This document shows positions 23,867-36,172 of a stretch of DNA of 64,000 bases, one piece after another. Every line of letters begins with the position of its first letter. The first letter of the stretch is position 1. A program made the translations under genes and the position numbers. The notes beneath the pieces were generated by a model, which saw only the letters and a program-made list of their open reading frames with translations, did no database searches and was not told the DNA's origin. The DNA is from Hormiphora californensis. Its lineage: Eukaryota; Animalia; Ctenophora. Location: NCBI GenBank assembly GCA_020137815.1, contig CM035355.1, forward strand, positions 7,936,001-8,000,000. The letters run 5' to 3'.

Positions 23867-26800
23867 ATGGACAAACAGTGCTTCTAATGACATACATGAT
23901 ACATCCAACTCTCGCACTTGTATAGAAGTTATTTGAACAAACCAACACTCAATTTATTTCTTTGGTAGCTCTCCAACTTCAACTCTCCAATTTCTACTTT
24001 CACTCCACTGACCCAGGTCCTCTTGAATGACAGACTTACAGGTACCACGTACCTGCCCCCCCCCCCTCCCTTCCCGGTACCGTACCTACCTTATAATATC
24101 GTTCATTCTCTCTCAGTATCTCTTATCATCACCCTGAAACTGATGAGGACTCCCTCAATACAAGATTGTGTTTATCGTTGTGCCGATTAATTTACCCCAC
24201 TGATGAATTACAATGCAGTATCTCCCTTCCCCCACGTGTACAGCTTGGCTTGATTATTCCCCACAAGACATGAACACGGAACACAAACTTGGTTTGCGAA
24301 ATATCCCGTGTTTTGAAAGCTGCAATTCATTAAATGAAGATTATATAACTGAATGGGATGGCGTTAGTCGTTTGATATGATATAGGCTGGGGAGACTATA
24401 AAAGTCATAAGTTTATGGAGTCATGGGGGATAGCAAATTAACGCATGACTTTACTTTCACTCAGGTGAGAAAGCATTTGTCACATGATTGGCAAGTTCTT
24501 TCCTGGACAAGGCATTAGGCTAGACTTGGACTTAAAACAATCAATATATACCTTAGGTAGACCTTTGAAATATTCAATTATTCAAAATGATAATATCCTG
24601 ACTCAATCCTATCTGACTTTACAAGTTGAATCATGACAAGTTGAATCATGACGTCATCGCGTTACAATTGGCAAATTACCAATGTTTATACAAGGCAACA
24701 CGAGACAGACACACATGTGATTATACAATTGAACTGTACTAAACCAGCTCAGCATATATGAGGAGCCTCGGAAATGTTCGGTGGGCGTGACTTGATTGTG
24801 CACGACATTTCCGAGGCTCCTCATACTTTGGATTTCCGTGTGGAACAGCAGTTGAACAAACAATGAACATGGAAACCTTTCACTCGGTCCCTCTTTCAAA
24901 ACAGGATACGATCAAAGATTTTCAAGGCAGCAATAACACATAGCAGCATACATAATATTCAATAGATATAGTATCCTGAGAGTGAGTTTAAAACTGTCTT
25001 CTTCAAATGACACTTTCTCGTCTCATCCTCGCCAGTATGTACCTCCTAAATCTCTCGTTAGTGATCACATAAATACACGGGTTGGCTACACACGATACCG
25101 TTAGTATATAATGTCCTATAACCTCAAATGTAGTTACCTCTCCACTGTTGTCGTTGGTAAACCTCAACCTCCTCGATATCAGCCAAGGTGCCATGGAAAC
25201 CAGGAAGGTCCCCGCTACCAATAACACCACTGCTACGTTACCCATGGCTTGGCGACGTTTTGTTAGTCGGACAAGCAGGACTAACCCTATGTTGGATGCT
25301 AGGAGGAAGGCTAGGGGTGCATAGAAGTAGATGATGGTGTAGCCCACAAAAACTGGAATCCATAGCCCCTGGGCACCGTACACAGTGCAGGTCATCAAGA
25401 CATCACTGTAGTACAGGTCTATACTGCTGTAGAGGCACAGTACAATAATGATAGGTGCCAGAGAGACAATCCAGAGACCGAATATCACTCTCCGTCCAAA
25501 ACTGGGTCCCAGGACAAGGCTTTTCAGGGGCCTGAGGCACCTGTAATACTTATTGAGAGAGAGAGCCGCGACAAAGAGAGATGAGGCTGAGACAAGGAGC
25601 AGTCTGATGAGTGGGATGGCAGTGCAAAGGAGGGTGCTTGTTTCCATCACGCGGTACAAGTAGGGAGGTAGAGAGAAGACGGTGATGGAGATGACATCAC
25701 ATGTGGCCAGGTTTAGGATGATGGTTATGGAGGTAGAGTCTAGTTTGATGGCATCGTGCCGGGTGATACCAAGTATAACGATAATGTTCCCAGTTATACC
25801 GAACAGCAGGCAGATACCGCACCAGAATAAGATTGCAAGCATGGCTAACGGGGGAGGAAGGGAGTTAGCTTTATTAGTGACAAAGATAGGTTTAGGAGCT
25901 TGAAAGACATGTCAAAATAAAACAGAAAAGATAAGAAAAACAACAAATTGCGGCGTTTAAATATAATATACGAATAACGAATACAGTGCAAGGAGCTTGT
26001 AAAAAGTTAGACAATTTTATAATCTAGAATTTCCGTCACTTATTAATTTACACAGCTAGTCTCTTCTCAATATCCGTCGCTTAGTACAAAACGGAGAACC
26101 ACAAAGTAGACTTGCGGCTAATGTTATGAATACTAAGGCGTGTTCAAATCAGTAAAAATGCCTTTCAGTCACTAATTTCGTATGATTGATGAACAATTGA
26201 ATTCATCTTCAAAAGTTACAGTTGACAAAAGCAGTAAATATTGGGAATCTAACAAAAGCTAACAAAACGTTCGTGAATACCAAAACAATAATTGCGAGAT
26301 AAGATACAGACTAAGCGCACAAGCCACAAGCCCAAGGCAACGAGTGAAAGAAAAATACAGGCCGTAACAGTAGCAAATAGTTTATTTATCAGGTCAAAGG
26401 GAATGAGACATATGTAATATTGGTAGAATATGGAAAACTAAACATACGAGAACTAGGAGAGCCGGGAGTTAGAGACGAGAGACGAGAGAAGATCAGAGTT
26501 GCATTACAATATAGTTGCTTAGTAAGTTCCTTCTCCTAGCATTTTAAAGCCTCTAAGTGCAACTATGTAAAAGGATAAACTGTTCGATTCTAGCTTCTCT
26601 CTTGCCCTCTCCATCTTAGTCTCTCGACTTTCACGCTCTCTGTCTCTCTCAAAGAATTCGACTCCTTTTCGCACCATTAAGGGTACGCTAACCAAAATTT
26701 TTTTTCGAGTGCAGGGAAATCTCTCACCGTAGGGTTGTAGGCCATGCCAAGGAGACCTCAAATATGCAATTTGAGCTCTCAAGTCGAATTCATATTTTTG

Positions 26801-29800
26801 CTACAGCTGCTTGAAAAATGAACTGAAAATAAGTTTTTGGCATCTTAAAAATACATTTGTAAAGATAGGATCATAAAAATTTGTGGATTTGAAGAGGACA
26901 AAGAGGTGAGTAGCCACAAAAATTTTTTTTGAAATCCGAGCTGATTTCCGGTCCTGAGATGGATTTCTTTTTTTTGACTTTAACGCCATATTTGGCCAAG
27001 TTCCGAAAATATGTGAAAGCTGTAAATTGGTCAAAAGTTGCGTCTAACGATTCTCTATATGGCCATAAATTTTGGGCGCGTCCTTATTTGAGATAAGATG
27101 TACAGAGTTTTTTTTGTGAAAGCCGTCATTTCAGAAATAAATAAATTCCCTGTATCTCAAAAACGGCTGATCGTAGAGACCTGCGACTATGCTTAAACGA
27201 TTCAGGAGGTCCGATTTTGGGGGGGTCTTCTGAGAGACATTTTGCTCCTACTTCAACCGTTTTTGCTGTAATTGCGAAAAACAAATTCTATGAAAAGGGC
27301 AAAAGCTAAACTCCAATATCCTGTAATTAGGGAATTTTAGCTAAGAAAGGACCGAAACCATGGAAAAATGTGTAACAAGCTAATTCCTTCACTATTTGGT
27401 CCATATGGGTCCCTATAATCACCAAAAACAAAATCTCAAAAAATCCACGATGGCGAAGATGGGTTTTTGTTTTTCGCAATTACAGCAAGAACGGTTGAAG
27501 TAGGAGCAAAATGTCTCTCAGAAGACCCCCCCAAAATCGGACCTTCTGAATCGTTTAAGCATAGTCTCAGGTCTCTACGATCAGCCGTTTTTGAGATACA
27601 GGGAATTTATTTACTTCTGAAATGACGGCTTTCACAAAAAAAACTCTGTACAGCTTATCTCAAATAAGGACACGCCCAAAATTTATGGCCACTTAGATAA
27701 TCGTTAGACGCAACTTTTCACCAATTTACAGCTTTCACATGTTTTCGGAACTTTGCCAAATAGGGCGTTAAAGTGGAAAAAAAGAAATCCATCTCAGGAC
27801 CGGAAATCAGCTCGGATTGCAAAAAAAAATTTTGTGGTTATTTACCTTCATGTCCTCTTCAAATCCCCAAATTTTCATGATCTTATCTTTACAAATGTAT
27901 TTTTGAGTTGCCAAAAACGTATTTACAGGACATTTTTTAAACAGCTGTAGCAAAAATATGAATTCGACTTGAGAGCTCAAATTGCATATTTGAGGTCTCC
28001 TTGGCATGGCCTACAACCCTACGGTGAGAGATTTCCCTGCACTCGAAAAAAATTTTTGGTTAGCGTACCCTTAAATGAAGGTAGACTAAGTAAACAACTA
28101 ATCAGAGCTCGTTATTTAGGTCACGTGACTGGTTATCAGCCTGCTATATATAACTACAGTTTAGTAGTTATCTATCACTAGAGTTATCTATCACTAAACG
28201 ATATTAGTTAAGTAGTAGATTGCTAAATGAGATTTCACTCAAAAAGGGTTACTTGAACTCAAAAATGGTTATTTAGCAGCAGCTTAAAATTAGTTCATCA
28301 GGCCCTAAGAGAGTATTGTAAGAGGAATATATTGATGATCAGCGAAATGTGGGGTTTCGCAACATGCAATAGAGAACCGCGAAATGGAGGAGATACTGAT
28401 AACTGATAACTGATAACTGATAACTGATAACGAGGGCAAAAAGGGGGGGGAAAAAAGGGAAAAAAGGTTTAAAAAAGGGGAAAAAGGGAAAAAAACCCCC
28501 CCAAAAACCCCTTTTTTTTTTTTTAAAAAAATTTTTCTTTTTTTTTTTCCCCCCCTTTTTTCCTTTTTTTTTTTTTCCCCCCCCCCCTTTTTAAAAAAAA
28601 AAATTTTTTTTTTTGGGTTTTTAAAATTTTTCCTTTTTAAATTTTGTTTTAAACTTTGGGAAAATTTAAAAAAAGGGGGGGAAAAAAAAAAATTTTTCCC
28701 CAAATTTTTTTTAAAAAAAAAAAAAAAAAAAAATTTTTTTTTTTTTTAAAAAAATTTTTTTTTTTTTTTTTTGGGGAAAAAAAATTTTGGGGGTTTTTTT
28801 AAACCAAAAAAAAAACCAAAAAAAAAAAAAGGAAAAGGGGGGGGGGGCCCCCCCCCGGGGGGCCCCCCCCCCCAAAAAAAATTTTGGGGGGCCCTTTAAA
28901 ATTTTTTCCCAAAAACCCCCCCCTTTTTTTCCTTTTAAAAAAAAACCCCCCCCCCTTTTAAAATTTTTTTTTTCCCCCCAAAAAACCTTTTTTTTAAAAA
29001 ACCCAAAGGTTTTAAAAAGGGGTTTTGAAAAAAAAGGGGGGGGGGGGGCCCCAAGGGAAAGGGGAAAAGGGAAAAGGGTAAAAAAAAAAAATTTTTTAAA
29101 AAAGGGGGGGAAAAAATTTTTTAAAAGGGGGGAAAAAAAAAACCCAAAAAAAAAATTTTAAATTTAATAAATTTTTTAAAAAATTTGGGGGGCCCCCGGG
29201 GGGGGGGGGGGGGGGGGGGTTTTTGGCCCCCCCGGGGGGCCCCCAAGGAGGGCCCCCCAAAAAAAAAAATTTTTTAAAAAAAGGGAAAAAGGGGGGAAGG
29301 GGGGGAAAAGGGGGGGGGAAAAAAAAAGGGGGGGGGGGGGGGAAAAAAAAGGGGGGGGAAAAAAACCCCCGGGGGGCGGGAAAAAAAGGGGGGGGGAAAA
29401 AAAGAGCGAAAAAAAAGGGGAAAAGGGGGGGGGAAAGGGGGGGGTTTTTTTGGGGGGAAAAAAATTTTTATTTTTTTTCCCCCGGGGTTTTGGGTTTTAA
29501 AACTTGGGTTTTTAAAAAAGGGGGGTTTTTTAAAAAAATTTAAAAGGGGGGGGGGGGAAATTTTTGGGGAAAAAAATTTTTTTGGGGGGGGAAAAAAAAA
29601 GGGAATTTTTTTTTTTTTGGGGGGGGAAAAAAGGGGGGGGGGAATTTTTTAAAACCCCCAAAAAAAGGGGGTTGGGAGGGGGGGGGGGGAAAAGGGGGGG
29701 AAAAAAAAAAAGTCCTTCAATCCTCGATTTTTTTTGTGGGAGAACCATGTTAAATTGAGGGAAAGAGGGTGTCGGTGGCTGGTCGGCGGGCACTAATTGA

Positions 29801-32800
29801 TGGTCAACTCCCGGAGCTCAAAGGAAAGAGGTAAGTCCACACAAAAATATAATCTATATACAGTCGGACCCCGATTTATATATTATAATCTGCGATTGGG
29901 GTCACAATTCACATACGCAGTAAAAACCTTCCCCGTCTATGTTCAATAAATCCAGCTGGTACTAAAAGCATATCAATGATGACCCTATTGTATTTACAGG
30001 GGCGCGATTATAATCTGGGTGCCTTGCAGCCTGTTTACAGGTGCACGCTACCAAAAGAGTACACTTAGACCCTAACGGATTGCCCTAACCCTAAAACTAC
30101 GAATTGTTAGCAATGAAAGGCACCCAGATTTTAACGTTTTCCTATTTACAGGGTGTGCACTATTCTGTGCGGGGGAAATATCGACACAACGGTGCTCGGA
30201 CGGTGTTTAGAGAGAGGGATGGCTGCTGACCATCGATTACTTTCTTTCACAGTGGTCGTGAAGGACGCCCCTGGGGGCATGAAAATGCTAACAGAGCGAC
30301 TCGCTGAAAGCGGAGCAAGGTAGGGAATGAATTAGTTGTTTGGGGTGATGGGGTTGATAATGAAATTACCCCTCTGTTATGGCTCATACAATAACTTCGT
30401 AACCAAGTGTTTGGGATTGTTGCTGCTACAAACAATTTGGAATTGAGAGGGAGGGTGATGGAGGGGAGGGGATGGAGATGGGGATGGGGATAGTTGCTGC
30501 TACAAACAATTTGGAATTGAGAGGGAGGGGATGGAGATGGAGATGGGGGTTGTTGCTGCTACAGAGAATTTGGAATTGAGAGGGAGGGGATGGAGATGGG
30601 GATGGGGATAGTTGCTGCTACAAACAATTTGGAATTGAGAGGGAGGGTGATGGAGGGGAGGGGATGGAGATGGGGATGGGGATAGTTGCTGCTACAAACA
30701 ATTTGAAATTGAGAGGGAGGGGATGGAGATGGGGATGGGGGTTGTTGCTGCTACAGAGCATTTGGAATTGAGAGGGAGGGGGAGGAGATGGAGATGGGGG
30801 CAATCCAGTAATATCAAACTCAGAGGAAAAGTGAGATGAGGGCCGGGATACCCTGCACTACCCAGATATTATATGAGGTTAGGTGAGAGATATGAGCGGA
30901 AAGAATTGGGATATTTAATCTACGGAAAGGAGCCATATTGCATTATTAATGTGCACCTCCCTCATATTCTACGGGGCCAAACTCATACAATATATGGCCG
31001 GGGAATGAGGGAGGAATCCTCACTGAGGATGCATTAATAATGGAGTTCAAACAATTCAAGCATCTCTAGAGAATGCTCATGCTGCATGATAGTCACTCAC
31101 TACTAGAGAGTCTCTAGGGTCCGTCTGTAGAGAACTGTTGTGGGTGGTGGTTGTACAAATGAATTGCAGTTGAGAGTAACAACTAACAAAGTTCGCTTTC
31201 TTTTTCTCTATCTCTCTTCGTCTTTATCTCCCTCACTTTCTATCTCTATCTCTGATTAATGAGTTTGACTTCCAGTCAATTTCTAAAAATCATGTCAAAT
31301 TCTTAGTATTTTACTCACTTGCGACGAAATTTTATTACATACATAGTTACAGACGTAATACCGCAGCTATATTATCGTGCAATAAGTAGCAGAACAGGCA
31401 TATATTGAAAAAAGAACAACAAGACGCGTAAAAATATTAGTCAAAGAAGGCAACGAAAAGAATCAGCTGCATAATTAGTACTAGGTCCCCCCCTTAGCTT
31501 TACTGTGCTCCCACTGTGCTGTTTCTTTTGTATCACGGTTGACGGACTTCGGGCGAGTTGTATTTAGTACCCCCAGTACTTGGTAAATGGGAGTAATATT
31601 AGGATCACAGAGGGGGCCCGACAGATTAATTTGTATCAACTCCCAGGTGTGATCCGGGGGCAATCCGGCAATATATTTATATTCATACCCCCTCCTCTCA
31701 TTCTCTATGTAGGGACAATATATTCTCTCTCTAGCATATTATAGCATTATGATTAATGATGTCGATTGTGTTCATCTCTATTCATTATTTCTATTGTCTA
31801 CTATGATAAAAAAAGGCAATACCACTAGTTCCACAATAAAAAGCTTGTATCACAATGAAAAGCTTGCAAATTGCCCATGACAAAGGTACGGGCCTCTAGA
31901 TCACTGAATAAGGGATGAGCTGATGAGGTAAATGGGATTCCCCCTCCCCTGGATCTTACAATGCAACAAGAGAGAGTAACCCCTGGGTGTCCTCCACGAA
32001 CCGTACTAAACTTTTAGATCTCGACTAATTAGGCCTTTTGAGTGTGAAAATTGGAGAGCTCTATCGATTTCGTCCACGAACTACAGAATTAGTGTTGGTT
32101 TTTTGGGCTTTGAGTAGGGTTTTAGAGAGGGATTAGTTCCATACTAAAACCCCCTCCACGTGGTACAAGTCACGTGATTTCACGCCCCATTTCACACTGA
32201 ACCCATATAAGCCCCACTAACCTAGCACTAAAATTTCAACTAAACAGGCTGAGAATTTAGCCAACCCAAAGGCTGTCTAAATTGAAACTAAATTTTACTA
32301 TTGTGGAAATGCGTTCCCAAAACGACCACAAAATGACCCAAAATTGCCAAAATGGCCACGGCTGTCTTTGACATACATGCTTACATGATGAACTTAAGAT
32401 ATTGAAATTGTAAAAATCATTTTAAAGGAACGAGATAAGAGGGAGAGAAAGAATTCCTTATGTGCATATCCCAGAAATATGAGAGGATATATAATGAAAG
32501 AGTATAATTAGACAGTACTTCTCAAGATATGTACTAGGGGGCCAAAATGAAATATTATACCGGATAGAATTGCCTGTATTATGTTTAACTAGCAAAATCA
32601 TAGCAAAAGTATCAAATGTAAGTACATATCTCTCTTATAAGACTATAAATAGTCTCTCATTCCTCTCTCTCCCAATCTCAGTCCCCCTCTCATTCTCCCC
32701 TCTCAATTCTCATTCCCTCTTCTCTCCCAAACTCATGCCCATCTCTCATTCCCCCTCTCATTCCCTCCTCTCTCCCAATCTCTCACTCCCCCTCTCATTC

Positions 32801-34490
32801 CCCCTCTAATTCCCCCTCTCATTCTTCCCTCTTTCCCAAACTCATTCCCTGCATATCTCATTCTCCATCTCTTACCCTCCTCTCCCAATCTCTCATTCCC
32901 GGTTCCCCCTCTCATTATGCCCCTCTCGTTATCCCCCTCTCAGGTGTGGCACTGGCTATTAATTATCGCACATTGAGAATCAAGTGTCCTGATTGGCCGG
33001 TGGATCTCTATCTCAATTCACACATTACGTTCCACGTTATTGTATGTCACGCTGATATCTTCACGTGATGGAAAAGAGAGAGTGCCCATTGGGTGTCGCA
33101 TTCTATCACATGTATAACACCTCAGTATCACGTGGGTCGGACCAAGCCTCGAAACATGTTGTTCGTGGACGGTTATCTAAAGTTTAGCGAGATATTAGTC
33201 GCTTACTAACTTGACTTCTAAATTTCAACACTAAACTGAATTTAGTTTCGTGGAGGACACCCTGGATCTTGTCTACTTAGAGATTTCTCGCAAAAAGGAG
33301 ACAGAACGATCTACATAGAGAACAATTGTTCTCTATGTAGATCGTTCCTAGATCAAGATAGAACATAGAACGAGAGGAACACAGAAGGAGAGTAAAGAAG
33401 AACATAGAACTAGTAGAATGAGACTAGGAGGAGAGTTAAGAAGAACATAGAACTAGTAGAATGAGACTAGGAGGAGAGCTAAGAAGAACATAGAACTAGT
33501 AGAATGAGACTAGGAGGAGAGCTAAGAAGAACATAGAACTAGTAGAAGAATGAGACTAGGAGGAGAGTAAAGAAGAACATAGAACTAGTATAAGAATGAG
33601 ACTAGAATGAGAGCTAAGAAGAACATAGAACTAGTATAAGAATGAGACTAGAATGAGAGTTAAGAAGAACATAGAACTAGTATAAGAATGAGACTAGGAG
33701 GAGAGTTCAGAGGAGCATAGAACTAGTAGAATGAGACTAGGAGGAGAGTTAAGAAGAACATAGAACTAGTAGAATGAGACTAGGAGGAGAGTTCAGAAGA
33801 ACATAGAACTAGTATATGAATGAGACTAGGAGGAGAGTTCAGAAGAACATAGAACTAGTATATGAATGAGACTAGGAGGAGGACAATAGAAAATCTGAGC
33901 AGTGTACGAAGCAAGAAGTAGTTAGGAGAAGAGAGCCATGTTGACCGGCTATATATATAAAACAACTGCCTCCAGAGAAACCCCCCCCCCCCCCCCGCTG
34001 TTATCTAGCTCTCTAGTATTATAGCTCTAATAGCTATACCTCTCCTTTATAGTACCCCAGAACTGAGAACTGAAAAGTTCGACAGCTCCCCCTCTCCTTT
34101 AGTACCCCAGAACTGCAAAGTTCTCGAGAACACGTTAGATTATTATGGGTAGTTAAAACTGACAACTCTCTCCAAAGCTCACATATAATTTCCCCAATTT
34201 CACTTGAAAAGTATCAAACAATTTAGCGTTATTTGTGGGATGGGGCGAAAACGAAGTTGTTTCGCTTTTTCTGTACCCACATACCCATAGTCACATGGGA
34301 CGCTATATTATACCTATCGCGTTATTAACAAGTCTGTGCAAATACAGGTAAAGAGTGGATCATTGGGTGTTGGATCTTCGATTAAACGGTTTTATATTTT
34401 CTTCTTAAACGTTAAACCCCCTGTTAAAGTGACAGTTTATCCATGTTATCCTTCTCTCTCTCTCTGTCTCTCTCTCTCTCTATATATATA

Positions 34491-34526
<36 letters not shown>

Positions 34527-36134
34527 ACCTTTTAACTATCTCTCAATCACCCCCTTCCTCGTCCCTCTCCCTTGGTGGTAACCATCAAGTTCATATTAGG
34601 GGATTCAGCTGGCATTTTTTCATTTAAGAGGGGATTCATCTGGCATTTTGTTATGTGGATCACAATGACGTCATGACAGATCCAGCATTGTCGCTCCTTC
34701 CTGCACCTTGTTATGTTCTAACCTTGCCAAGCTAGACTGCAATTCGCGCGCTTGAGTTTGAACAAAGCAATTCTAACCCTCATTTAAAGTCGGATTTTTT
34801 GAAGTTGTCGCCCCCAAATGACTACTCATGTGAAATTTATCAATTTTGACACACACACACACCACACCGTAACATGTGATGTGACACGCAAAAACATTCC
34901 ACGCACGAGAAGGGGGGTGACAACATCAAAAAATCCGACTTTACAGAGCTTGCGAAAAGAGGGGTCGAGCTAGGCAACCCGTACCATAATGACACAAAAT
35001 TAAGAAACATCTGTTTTTCGAAGAAAACATTTTTCAAATACAAATTTTACAGAACAAAAGGAAATATGCTTCTCAAAAACAAAGTTAATGCCATTTACAA
35101 ATAGAGAAACCGTGAACGAAGATCTAGATAGAAGTAAACAACTTCAAAATATCGACTCTTGGTCCTGCGAGATTACGAGGGGGCCCAATCCCAATAATAT
35201 AAGGGGTGTTACGTCCCACTGCACAAGAGTGCAACTCATCCCAATCAATATATTGATCAGAACGTGACCCCGATCAGATACAACAATCATATCATCGTGA
35301 TACTATCTACCTCTAGTTTCATCTATATTATCTCATCTGATCGGCTCTAGCTATAGCTATCTCGCTTCGTCTTCAAGAATCAGATCGTAGGACTTCTTCC
35401 ATCTCCTCTCTCTCTCTAGATCATTTTCCTCACTGAGTCATGCTCAGTAAGTATCATCGATAGTCCTGCTGGATAGACGTATCGAGGACTTGCAGTGTAA
35501 GCATTTGTGAGCGGCATGAAAGAATCTCTCCTCTCCTCTCATCTCTTTTTCTCTAAACTCTCTCTCTTATGTCTCCTTTCTTCCTCTCTCTCTGGTTCTC
35601 CAGCTTGCATACGGTAGTCTAGTGGTCTTTCCCAGGGGCCCTGAAACTCAATTTCCGTTCAGTCACTTGAGGTAAAAGCTAGAAGGAGGATACTTTTCTC
35701 TCCAGGAGGTTTCCAGGTGATTGAATAGGTGGTATATTTTTGTATTGCCCTTCGCGAGTAGTAGTAAGTAGGGGGGGATTTAATTAGTGTTCCCTAGAGG
35801 CTTGTAGGTGAGGAAATAATAATGAAAAATGAGATATAATTCAAAGATAATATGATTAACAATTGGAAATAAAGAAAAGGGCCAAAAATAAAACAAACCT
35901 CTTTTACGTCCCATCTCGGATTTTGGATTTAGTGGTCTGTCCGGTACACATTCCCACTTTTTCTTTTGGTCATCGGGCACATTATTGTCCAACGCAGCCA
36001 CCACACCGAGGAGAGAAACGAACAACACAACCAACAGTCTCATGATCAGAAATGAGTTTTTTCAGTTATGCCCTACAAATTTATTCTCCCATTGGTATTT
36101 TTGACTCTCCTTTAAAATATAATATCTCTCTCCG

Positions 36135-36172
<38 letters not shown>

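Noticed and set aside
28435-29715. Lys/Gly/Phe/Pro-rich ORFs (also at 500-4100, 14940-15160, 40800-42240)
   Set aside because: Homopolymer noise typical of failed read ends after simple repeats.
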